DNA of 64,000 nucleotides from an uncultured Verrucomicrobiae bacterium (GTDB lineage Bacteria; Chlamydiota; Chlamydiia; Chlamydiales; Rhabdochlamydiaceae): NCBI GenBank assembly GCA_963818965.1, contig CAWFUG010000009.1, positions 98,212 to 162,211 of the forward strand, read 5' to 3'. Shown piece by piece: positions 55,764 to 64,000 of this stretch (position 1 is its first letter; each line of letters starts with the position of its first letter). The notes under the pieces were generated by a model. It saw only the letters and a program-made list of their open reading frames with translations, ran no database searches and was not told where the DNA came from. The position numbers and the translations under genes were made by a program.

Positions 55764-55843
55764 AGACACTCATCTCTCCTCTCTGTGGTGAGATATTTTT
55801 TACCACAGAGAGGGGAAACCACAGAGAGGAGAGATGAGTGTCT
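55764..55843. repeat. Palindromic repeat family B copy (permuted)
   Basis: AGACACTCATCTCTCCTCTCTGTGGT...ACCACAGAGAGGGGAA ACCACAGAGAGGAGAGATGAGTGTCT. It starts 2 nt after the M50 stop. Confidence 0.85.
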
Positions 55844-55911
55844 TAATAAACGCTTTCTTTTTATCCGCATTCTCCTTATAAACTCTACTTTTTAAAGCAG
55901 AGGTTTTCGCC

Positions 55912-57165
55912 ATGCGTTCTTTTTCTCTTTTCGCAGTGTTTTGTATGTTCACGACTTGCTTATACGCAGCAGATTCCAAAGACCCTTCCTCGCCTCCCGT
56001 TAAAAAGGTCAAGCCCCAGTATGCAGGAGCGCGACGTCAACCTCCGAAAGAGAAGGCGCAAAAGACGCAGAAGAAGCGCTCAAAAGTAAAAAATCAGTGG
56101 GTCTCGAGCAAGACGTATCCCAAAGTCAGTACACAGCAAGTCTCCTCAGAAGAAGAACTGCTCGAAGAGCTCCCCGAAGATCGCCCTTATTTCCAAAGAG
56201 CAGTCGCTACCCCAAACTCGGCCGCTACAATCTCCTTTGCAGAAAATAGACCCACTTCTCCTCCCGATGAACAAGAATCTCAATTCGAGGAAGAGGTGTT
56301 CCCCAGGACGGGGTTCCAAGCGCCGCGTGGCCACGTCTACGTCACAGGCGAGTGGCTTTTTTGGCGCGCGCGTCAGGAAGGGATGGAGTATGCGACAGGC
56401 AAAGCAGTGCATTTCGACTACACCTCAGGCTTTCGCGTAGGCTTTGGCGTTCACCTCCCGATGGATGGCTGGGACATCTATGCGAATTACACTCGAGTGA
56501 CCCCCGAACATTCGAATGGATTTGAGGGAGTGACCTTTCCCCAATTCCTCTACGAAGCGACTAATTTTGTAAATCACTCACATGCGCATTGGCGCATCGG
56601 TTTCCAGTCAGCAGACCTCGAAATTGGAAGGGCGTACTTTCTCTCTTCCACACTCATCTTTCGTCCCTACTTCGGCATGAAAGGAGGCTGGATCGATCAA
56701 AAAGCCAAGATCGACTACAGCGGAGGGATCGTCCCCGCAGGACAAATCTACACCGTCCATTACACAAACGACTTCAAGGGAGCGGGTCCTCGCATCGGGC
56801 TGCAAACGAATTGGGACTTAGGGTATGGGTTGAGTCTTTTCTCCGACATGGCAGCTGCTTTCTTAATCGGGATCTTCAACAACCACCAGGTCCAAAAGCA
56901 GTTCAACGGCAGTGAGCCGATTCAATTAGAGACGCACCAACACCTTGTCTCTCCCAATCTCCAGCTCGTAACAGGTGCCGGCTGGGACATCAATTTCAAT
57001 CGAGACCACTGCCACTTCGGCATCAGCGCCGCCTTCGAAGCCCAGATGTACTGGGGCCAGAATCAGATCGAGAAGTTCACCACAGCAGCGCAACCCAACT
57101 ACATCCGCGCCGACGGCGACCTCGCTTTCTATGGCCTAACCTTGCGCGGGCGATTCGATTTCTAG
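55912..57165 (+). CDS. Putative outer-membrane beta-barrel protein (porin/MOMP-like)
   Basis: Signal peptide MRSFSLFAVFCMFTTCLYAADS, a low-complexity basic linker, alternating aromatic and hydrophilic strands, and a C-terminal ...YGLTLRGRFDF ending in Phe. Confidence 0.55.
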   Translation: MRSFSLFAVFCMFTTCLYAADSKDPSSPPVKKVKPQYAGARRQPPKEKAQKTQKKRSKVKNQWVSSKTYPKVSTQQVSSEEELLEELPEDRPYFQRAVATPNSAATISFAENRPTSPPDEQESQFEEEVFPRTGFQAPRGHVYVTGEWLFWRARQEGMEYATGKAVHFDYTSGFRVGFGVHLPMDGWDIYANYTRVTPEHSNGFEGVTFPQFLYEATNFVNHSHAHWRIGFQSADLEIGRAYFLSSTLIFRPYFGMKGGWIDQKAKIDYSGGIVPAGQIYTVHYTNDFKGAGPRIGLQTNWDLGYGLSLFSDMAAAFLIGIFNNHQVQKQFNGSEPIQLETHQHLVSPNLQLVTGAGWDINFNRDHCHFGISAAFEAQMYWGQNQIEKFTTAAQPNYIRADGDLAFYGLTLRGRFDF

Positions 57166-57333
57166 AGGTTTCTTTCTTATCTGAGGGGTTACCCCCTCAT
57201 ATAAGTCCTATAGGCCTGAGGTTTTTCGGGGCTCGATTTTTAACTAAATGGGGTAATTTGGTGTCATTTTTACCCCATTTAGCAGGGACGTACGCGTTGG
57301 TGGGAGAAAACCCCCATAACGCGTACCGTGCAA

Positions 57334-57609
57334 CTAGTCACCAGAACCTGTGGCATTAGAACCAATAGAACTTGTGGGGGGTGTTTGTGTAAAGAGCGTG
57401 AGCTCGGGCATATCTCCTGGCGTCCATCTCTGTACTATTTTGAGAAGCTCTTGCTGGTAGGGATCTTTGACGAGCATTCCCAAAAATTGCAGCACCTTAT
57501 TTAGGTGTTCTTGACATGTAGACTTTATATATAGGTATTTTTGAGGCGTGGGTTTTTCAAGTCCTTCTAAGGATGGCATGATGGTGAGCATTTTTTGTGC
57601 ATTGACCAT
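57334..57609 (-). CDS. Hypothetical protein (91 aa)
   Basis: ORF only; no recognised motif. Confidence 0.3.
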   Translation of the reverse strand: MVNAQKMLTIMPSLEGLEKPTPQKYLYIKSTCQEHLNKVLQFLGMLVKDPYQQELLKIVQRWTPGDMPELTLFTQTPPTSSIGSNATGSGD

Positions 57610-58009
57610 GATTATCGTGAGCCGTTGTTGTGCAAGTTCCTTTAAAGCTTTATTGTGTTTTAATTTTAATTTTTCATGTTATTTAATTCAAGTCTAAATT
57701 TTTTTTGTATGCAGGATGACAGGTTTCAATTTAGGATTTTATAACGAGTGCCTTTTCGGCATCCTTTGAACTTATTTTTTAGGGGGGCGGGTGAGTTTTT
57801 AGAGCTGGGTTGAATAAGCTGGTTATCGACCTATAATCAGCCAAATCTGTCATTTTTATGGACATTTGGCTGATTAGCGGCCTTGTTGCCTAAGGGCTGC
57901 CTGAAGGCAACCGTTACGCAACAAGGCCTAGTGGACCCATCAGATCTGGACAATCTTAGATCTACCAACAAGAGAAATCTAGTGACTCTCCTAAAAAGCG
58001 ATCAGGTTG

Positions 58010-58498
58010 TTAAGGGAGAGGCTCGATACCGACCGTGATGTGGAAATCGTCCCCGAGGATCTTGCCGGGAAGGCCATTGGCCAAGCGAATGAGCTCCACT
58101 TGGGGCACTTCGACGAGGTAGTAATAGTACCGGCTGTCATTGATCTCTTTTGCGGCAAACCGCTTGGCAAAGAAGACGACGGGTTGACCGATCTGGGGAA
58201 TAAAGAGCTTTTTGTGTTGGGCCTCGTCTTGTTTGATCGCTGTAATGTGGGCACCTACTTTTCGGACGCCGTAGTAGGCAGGTGGAGCTATGACCTCATC
58301 TCCGAGAAAGAGGAGGGTCTCATTGATGTACTCTTCAGAAACTTTGACGTAGACAAAACCCTCCCGCGTTCTTTCTAACGTTCCCACGATGGAAAAATGC
58401 TGTTGCGCATTTTTTAGGATTAGCGCATCGGAAGCGGCATGGACCACAGATCCGTACAGGAAAAAAAGAACTAGGGGTAGTAATTGCTTAGGGCTCAT
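58010..58498 (-). CDS. Secreted hypothetical protein with two H-x-T motifs (tentative 2H-phosphoesterase-like)
   Basis: Signal peptide MSPKQLLPLVLFFLYGSVVHAAS, plus GAHITAI and DFHITVG. The second motif is unusually close to the C-terminus, so the family call is weak. Confidence 0.3.
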   Translation of the reverse strand: MSPKQLLPLVLFFLYGSVVHAASDALILKNAQQHFSIVGTLERTREGFVYVKVSEEYINETLLFLGDEVIAPPAYYGVRKVGAHITAIKQDEAQHKKLFIPQIGQPVVFFAKRFAAKEINDSRYYYYLVEVPQVELIRLANGLPGKILGDDFHITVGIEPLP

Positions 58499-58591
58499 GA
58501 CTTCAACGTAACACAGCGCGTTTTTATCCCCAAGTGTTGGAAATAATGTGTGCTTTTGTGTAGAGTTCTGAGCTCAAAATAGGAGGTTTGT

Positions 58592-59155
58592 ATGAGCGGT
58601 TGTATTTCGATCACGAGCGGTGAAACCAAGAGCGCAGTTCAGCGCGTACCCGTTGCCCTAACTGTTAGGCAGATGGAGGGGAAATTACAGGGATTGACTG
58701 CGGAGCAGATCTCCCTGCTTGCATCCAAAATCGCTGCACAGATGATTAAAAGCTCTGGAATTCGGTTTGAGATGAAGCTCACTCCAGACTTCGTATTAAA
58801 GAACTTTCCACCTGACTTAGCTGTGCAGGTAGTGCAGAATCGAATAAGTCCTGAACTGAAGGCGTTTACGGAGCAACTGTTATTTATGAACGCAGTGATG
58901 GAAATGTCAACTTATATTCAACCGCAGCTGACAAAAGATCTAGCGCTTCCAGCAAAATTTTTGAATGATGGGACTACTTTTATGTTGGGTACGGGGAAAG
59001 AAGAAACTCCAGGGCCTAATGCCTATCGGATCGATATCGGCGTAGACAAAACGCGAACGCAGCAACAATCTGAACTCATCTTCTCCCTTAAAGAACCGGG
59101 TCAAAATGGAATAGTATCGTATACTTACATCTCTCTGAATGAAAAGGTTGTATGA
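58592..59155 (+). CDS. Hypothetical protein (187 aa)
   Basis: ORF preceded by AGGAGG; no recognised motif. Confidence 0.4.
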   Translation: MSGCISITSGETKSAVQRVPVALTVRQMEGKLQGLTAEQISLLASKIAAQMIKSSGIRFEMKLTPDFVLKNFPPDLAVQVVQNRISPELKAFTEQLLFMNAVMEMSTYIQPQLTKDLALPAKFLNDGTTFMLGTGKEETPGPNAYRIDIGVDKTRTQQQSELIFSLKEPGQNGIVSYTYISLNEKVV

Positions 59156-59199
59156 AAGAGCCTTAGAGGGACAGGAGCGCTGTCCCTCAAGCTGCAAGC

Positions 59200-60657
59200 C
59201 TATTCGACTTTAATCGAGTAGAATCGAGTGCCGTTGCCTTGGCGCACGAGCAGCAGGATGCGTTGATTTTCAGGCTGGCCGATGGCCTCGTTGAAGTCGG
59301 CGATGTTGGCGACTTTTTTATGGTTGATCGCTTGGATCAGGTAACCGGGCCGTAGGCCAGCTAGGGCAGCGGGAGAACCGGGTTTGATTTTGGTGATCAC
59401 AACACCTTCTTCTTTTTGACTCAAGTTGAGTTGTCTAGCGAGCTCAGGGGTTAGGTTGTCGATTTCCATGCCGAGCTTTTGGATGATTCCTCCAGCAGAA
59501 GCGGCATTTTCATTGGCAGATGTCGTCGTGACCGAGAGGGTGATGAGCTGTCCTTTGCGGTTGACTTTGAGTTTGATGACGCTTCCGGGGGGCATAAGGG
59601 AGATGTCGTTACGGAAGCTCTGCAGAGACTTGATGGGCTGTTTGTTATACTCGAGGATGATATCCCCTTGTTTGAGGCCTGCTTTATCGGCGGGGGAGTC
59701 TTTAATGACTTCTGAGATGAGAGCGCCTTCAGGTTTAGGTAGATTGAAAGCATCGGCGATGTCTTTATCGACGGGCTGTAGAGAGACGCCGATAAAGCCT
59801 CTTGTGACAGAGCCTTTGTCGATGAGTTGTGTCATGATGCCTCTGGCCATGTCGCTCGGAATGGCAAACCCAATCCCCATGTAGCCGCCACTGCGCGAGA
59901 CGATCGCTGTGTTGATGCCGATGACTTCGCTGCGCAAATTGAGAAGCGGGCCGCCTGAGTTTCCGGGGTTGATCGCCGCATCTGTTTGGATGAAATCTTC
60001 AAAATCGGTGATGCGCAGATTCTGTCTTCCCTTAGCACTGATGACACCGACAGTGACAGAGGCTTCGAGCTGAAAAGGACTTCCAATGGCAATCGCCCAT
60101 TCTCCAACTTCGATCTCTTCAGAGTCTCCTAAGGTAAGGAAGGGAAAATCCTTTCCTTCGATCTTGATGATCGCGATGTCTGTCTGAGGATCGGCTCCGA
60201 CGAGAGTCGCATCCATCTCGCGCCCATCATTTAGAACAGCAGTCATTTTATCTGCACCTTTTACGACGTGAGCATTGGTCAAAATATAGCCGTCTGCTGT
60301 GACGAGAAACCCAGAGCCCTGACTGAGCTGAGGCGCGGGTTTTTGTGGCTGACCGCGGTAGGGAAAGCCAAAAAAGCGCTGGAAGAAATCATCTCCCCCA
60401 AAGGAGTCGAAGGGGTTTTGGTAATTATAAGGGTAGCCATTCTCATCCATCTCAGAAACACTGCTTTGCACCTTGATAAAGACGACAGCGGGGGTCGCTT
60501 TTTTTGCGACTGCAGTAAATGCTTTAGAGGTTTGTTCAGGAGAGCAAACGCAATGGGGAGCACTGTTATCTTGCGCCATCCCTTGAGCCATCCCGGGGAA
60601 AGGGGCGGAGAAAAGCAGGCTAGCGGAACTAAGAGCGAGAAGAGAATAACGCGTCAT
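59200..60657 (-). CDS. htrA: Periplasmic serine endoprotease HtrA/DegP (two PDZ domains)
   Basis: 485 aa with a signal peptide; TNAHVV (His), DIAIIKI (Asp), GNSGGPL (Ser); two PDZ-like regions. Confidence 0.9.
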   Translation of the reverse strand: MTRYSLLALSSASLLFSAPFPGMAQGMAQDNSAPHCVCSPEQTSKAFTAVAKKATPAVVFIKVQSSVSEMDENGYPYNYQNPFDSFGGDDFFQRFFGFPYRGQPQKPAPQLSQGSGFLVTADGYILTNAHVVKGADKMTAVLNDGREMDATLVGADPQTDIAIIKIEGKDFPFLTLGDSEEIEVGEWAIAIGSPFQLEASVTVGVISAKGRQNLRITDFEDFIQTDAAINPGNSGGPLLNLRSEVIGINTAIVSRSGGYMGIGFAIPSDMARGIMTQLIDKGSVTRGFIGVSLQPVDKDIADAFNLPKPEGALISEVIKDSPADKAGLKQGDIILEYNKQPIKSLQSFRNDISLMPPGSVIKLKVNRKGQLITLSVTTTSANENAASAGGIIQKLGMEIDNLTPELARQLNLSQKEEGVVITKIKPGSPAALAGLRPGYLIQAINHKKVANIADFNEAIGQPENQRILLLVRQGNGTRFYSIKVE

Positions 60658-60820
60658 ATGAGGACTCCTTCAAAAGGTGAAAGAAGTCGTTATACCTGAG
60701 AAGAGCAGATATATGCAATACCTCCTCCACTGGACAATGTTTGTGGCAATGGCAACAGCTCTTAAAAAAACGTCTTGAATCCTGCCTGGCTTTTCTATAA
60801 AATCTCATGTCGAGTTACAG

Positions 60821-61615
60821 ATGCACGACAATTTTAGCGATTATATTATCTTTGCTGATGAGAGTGGAGACCATGGCACTGCTTCGGTTAATCCAGAAAA
60901 TCCAATTTTTGTGCTTGTATTTTGCATTTTTAGAAAGTTTGAGTATATTTCACTTGTCAAGCGAGCAATCTCCAAGTTTAAAATGGATTTTTGGGGACAC
61001 GATCTCGTCGTGCTTCACAATCGCGAAATTCGGAAATCAACCGGGGAATTTTCCTCCCTTTTTAATGAGAGAAAAAGAGAGATTTTTCTCCAGGCTCTTA
61101 ATGAGGTGATTGGAGACATTCCCTTCTCAATTGCAGCTACAGCTATAGACAAAAGGTGTTTCAGTCAGGAAACCCAAGCAAACAATCCCTATTTTTGGGC
61201 CCTTAGGTCTTGTCTGGAACAACTTCTTGGCTTTTTAACAATAGAACAGCAGCTCTCTCGACAAACACATATCATTGTTGAGAGTAGAGGCGCACCTGAA
61301 GATAAAGACCTTAGATTAGCATTCAATCGGTTTGCAGTGGACATGTTTCCTGATTCCAATGCCTTCAATTTGAGATTTGCGAGTAAACAAACCAATAGCA
61401 GTGGTCTTCAAATCGCAGATTTAGTAGCGCATCCTATCGCAAGGCATATCATAAAAAGAAATCAGCTGAATAAAGCCTTCGATGTTTTAAAAGAAAAGCT
61501 GCTGGGCTTTCCAGAATATGAAGGAAAAGGTCTGAAGCTCTACCCTCTAGAAAGCGAAATGCCCCGACTTACGTCGAGGCAAGGCGCCGATCGGGAACTC
61601 CCGGTCCATTTATGA
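60821..61615 (+). CDS. DUF3800-family protein
   Basis: 264 aa. The N-terminal YIIFADESGDHG and C-terminal GLQIADLVAHPIARHI are the two signature segments of DUF3800 as I know it. Confidence 0.6.
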   Translation: MHDNFSDYIIFADESGDHGTASVNPENPIFVLVFCIFRKFEYISLVKRAISKFKMDFWGHDLVVLHNREIRKSTGEFSSLFNERKREIFLQALNEVIGDIPFSIAATAIDKRCFSQETQANNPYFWALRSCLEQLLGFLTIEQQLSRQTHIIVESRGAPEDKDLRLAFNRFAVDMFPDSNAFNLRFASKQTNSSGLQIADLVAHPIARHIIKRNQLNKAFDVLKEKLLGFPEYEGKGLKLYPLESEMPRLTSRQGADRELPVHL

Positions 61616-61696
61616 TACCATTATATATGAGAAGAATATATATGCGCAATGGCATTTGATCCCCAACGAATCTATCCAAACTCAGGAGCGTGAAGA

Positions 61697-62497
61697 ATGA
61701 GAAATTTTTGTCTGTTTGCTTTTTTGATGTGCCTAGGGAGCTTTACAGGAAAGCTCGAAGCTGAAAATGCACAATTTGATCCATTCATCGCTCAGCACCT
61801 TGCTTTGGATCTAGATGGGAAAATCGTTGTTCCCCGCCACTTGAAGCATGTTAAGCTAGATATCGGATTATCTTATAATGCGCCTATAGCGGGGTATTGG
61901 CTGGATCATGAAGAAGATCTAGTGGTATTCGGCTTTGAACCAAATCCTGCTGCTATAGAGGAAATTAAAAGGGGAGGTGTAAAAAAACGCCCCTACCATG
62001 GGGAGCCTCTAGACCCTCGCTACATCGGCACCCGTTTTTTCCTAGTGCCTTGTGCTCTTGGATTGTCTACAGCGACGACAGTTCCTTTTTATGTCACAGC
62101 AGCCGATTGCGGATGTAGTAGTCTCTATGAGCCTAAAGATTTCGAAGTAGCGGACATCATTGAAGTTCCTTTATTTTCTTTATCAGATTTCTTCGATCGA
62201 TTCCCCTTCGACACGCATCCCGTCATCGATTACATTAAAATCGATGCGCAAGGATCTGATCTTAATATTGTAAAAAGTGCTGGAAACTACTTATCGGAAC
62301 GGGTTGTTTATATCACCCTCGAACCAGAAGATTTTGAGTATCGAAACACGGCAAATTCAGAAAGTGCTATCGAATACTATATGAACAGTATTGGGTTTAT
62401 GAGACATCGTTCATCCCACACAGTAGATCCAACCTATATCAATATCCGCTTTTTACAATACGCAAAAGAGAACAACATCCAGATTTATCAGTACTGA
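61697..62497 (+). CDS. FkbM-family methyltransferase with signal peptide
   Basis: MRNFCLFAFLMCLGSFTGKLEA (signal); VKLDIGLSYNAP...VVFGFEPNPAAI; IDYIKIDAQGSDLNIVKSAG. Confidence 0.6.
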   Translation: MRNFCLFAFLMCLGSFTGKLEAENAQFDPFIAQHLALDLDGKIVVPRHLKHVKLDIGLSYNAPIAGYWLDHEEDLVVFGFEPNPAAIEEIKRGGVKKRPYHGEPLDPRYIGTRFFLVPCALGLSTATTVPFYVTAADCGCSSLYEPKDFEVADIIEVPLFSLSDFFDRFPFDTHPVIDYIKIDAQGSDLNIVKSAGNYLSERVVYITLEPEDFEYRNTANSESAIEYYMNSIGFMRHRSSHTVDPTYINIRFLQYAKENNIQIYQY

Positions 62498-62521
62498 GTG
62501 GCATTGTTGCTTAAATAGCTG

Positions 62522-62593
62522 AATCTCACCACAGAGATGGAAAACCACAGAGAGGAAATTCATATTAAAAAATTTCCTCTCTGTGGTGAGATT
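62522..62593. repeat. Palindromic repeat family B copy (near-identical to the 18842 copy but with a shortened right arm)
   Basis: AATCTCACCACAGAGATGGAAAACCACAGAGAGGAAATT, loop CATATTAAAA, then AATTTCCTCTCTGTGGTGAGATT. It starts 25 nt after the FkbM stop. Confidence 0.9.
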
Positions 62594-62789
62594 GCATATA
62601 TTCAGAATGGAATGATGGGGAGCTAGATTAGGTCCTCATGAATTCGGATTTTAATTAATGTTAATTAATAGTAGAACTTAAGCATAGTTGCTGTCTATGT
62701 TAATTTTTTTTACTACATAATACGCATTAAAGATAGCTTAGGCTTAGTATTGAACATAAGTTGGTTGGGAAATCGACTTAAAAAATGTT

Positions 62790-64000
62790 TTAAATCGGTA
62801 CGATGGGCAGTGCACGCCCTTCCGGGCTGAGCAAGACATTCTCTCGCTCGAGGAGCTCTTGGCCAGCGCAGCAGACGACGATCCCTTTTTCTTTTTGGGG
62901 GAGGAGCTCTTGTGTAACGACCCGCTGGAGGTCTTGGGTGGTGAGGGCGAAGAGGCGGTCGCGGTAGTCTTGGCGCATCTTACGCGGTTTGCCGTCCCGT
63001 TTCCAGCTGTAGGCTGTGATCGCTCGACTGCCAGGAGAGATCGGCGCATCGAACTGTTGGAGGATACCGAGTTTGGCTTCCTCGAGATCTTTGGAATCGA
63101 AGTGGCCAGAGGCGATTTCATCGATGGAATCGCGGAAGGCACGCAGGGTAGAGATCAGGTGGGGATCGCGGTAAGCGTGGAAGTAGAAGAGGCCCGTCAT
63201 TGCATTGTAGCTCGCTCCGCAGCCGTAAGCTCCCCCTTGTTCTCTGATTTTGCGGTGTAGCACTTTGTTGTCGAAGAGCAGGGTTGAAATCGTGAGGGCA
63301 GGAGAATGGGGATGCAGGTAAGGGGCTACCTTGAATGCTTCTGCAGTAAAGGCGACTTGTGATGAGATGGGGCGCGCTTGAGATTCTGGTTTAGGTAGAG
63401 AATAGTCGATGATCCACGGGGTGAATGACTTAGAGGGAACGAATTCTCCAAGGCCGTAGAAATCCCGCTTTTCTAAGTTTTGTAACATCCCTTCCGAGCA
63501 GCTTAAGACGAGATGGGGACGGTGAAAAGTCATGAGCTTTTCTGCGAGCTGGATGAGTTTGTCGATTAAGGGAGAGATGTCGGAAGAGAGGGCATGGCTG
63601 AGCTCTTCGATCAGTTTAAAGTAGCGCAGGCCGTACCAAGATTCGCTGATATAAGCAGCTTGCGAAAATCCTTTTAGGGCCAGTTGCACCGCATAGCGTA
63701 GGCCTTGTCGATTGAGGCGATTGAGCTGACCATCGCGCAGTTGCAAAATGAGCTCTTTGATCCGCTCTTTTTCATCGAAGCGTGGTGCTAAGACAGTCTC
63801 CTTCATCAGCTGGAAGAGATGCTCCGCATTTCTGTAGAGGGCTTTTCCCCTTAAGTTGAAAGAAGGTTTGAAGAGGTTGTAATCGGATGCTTGGTGGTGC
63901 AAAGCGCAGGAAGCGCCGATTCCTCCTGTGTATGCTTGCATGAAGGAGAGGTTTTCTTCATAGGAGCGTTTTCCGCTACCGACTTCTGTGAGCAAAGAGG
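62790..64000 (-). CDS. Peptidase M16 (insulinase/PreP-like) family protein, C-terminal part (runs off the right edge)
   Basis: The frame is open to the window end. GGAYGCGASYNAMTGLFYFHAYRDPHL resembles the conserved C-terminal-half motif of M16C proteases. As I recall, this neighbours htrA in Chlamydia. Confidence 0.6.
   Translation of the reverse strand, partial: SLLTEVGSGKRSYEENLSFMQAYTGGIGASCALHHQASDYNLFKPSFNLRGKALYRNAEHLFQLMKETVLAPRFDEKERIKELILQLRDGQLNRLNRQGLRYAVQLALKGFSQAAYISESWYGLRYFKLIEELSHALSSDISPLIDKLIQLAEKLMTFHRPHLVLSCSEGMLQNLEKRDFYGLGEFVPSKSFTPWIIDYSLPKPESQARPISSQVAFTAEAFKVAPYLHPHSPALTISTLLFDNKVLHRKIREQGGAYGCGASYNAMTGLFYFHAYRDPHLISTLRAFRDSIDEIASGHFDSKDLEEAKLGILQQFDAPISPGSRAITAYSWKRDGKPRKMRQDYRDRLFALTTQDLQRVVTQELLPQKEKGIVVCCAGQELLERENVLLSPEGRALPIVPI

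Noticed and set aside
38695-62789. Transposase, integrase or prophage genes flanking the accessory regions (TA islet, MTase-ANK array, DUF3800 locus)
   Set aside because: No ORF shows DDE, tyrosine or serine recombinase or phage structural motifs, so I do not call any classical mobile element. Only the palindromic repeats are reported.

Overview
This 64-kb chromosomal segment reads like a member of the phylum Chlamydiae, probably an amoeba-associated 'environmental' lineage. That assignment is an inference from gene content and order. An orphan GroEL paralogue sits near a murF / mraY-murD-LysM-ftsW-murG/murC-ftsQ cluster that has no ftsA/ftsZ after it. The rest of the backbone is miaA, nadD, rsfS, fabF, a NUDIX gene, aas, adjacent cysS/lysS, priA, ftsY, sucCD, htrA and an M16 peptidase. 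As far as I recall, this matches the backbone order of C. trachomatis CT755-CT824.

Lineage-specific genes are inserted into that backbone:
- a secreted prolyl-4-hydroxylase next to tRNA-Cys
- an LRR protein between murF and mraY
- a 1152-aa BTB/LRR-like protein
- two toxin-antitoxin modules: a HigBA-like pair, and an MqsR-like toxin with an MqsA-Panacea fusion antitoxin
- a tandem array of three paralogous methyltransferase-like + ankyrin-repeat proteins
- a DUF3800 protein plus a secreted FkbM-type methyltransferase
- several small unknown ORFs

For RNA and mobile features I found one tRNA (Cys) and no rRNA, CRISPR array, transposase or integrase. The intergenic space is populated by several families of hairpin-forming palindromic repeats, and one 165-bp palindrome sits in frame inside the sulP gene.

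Four backbone genes are out of frame. sulP and sucD each have one indel, cysS has about seven and lysS has four. This is either real decay or local assembly error.

All protein calls were made by eye from motifs in the supplied translations or my own translation. No database or HMM search was run.
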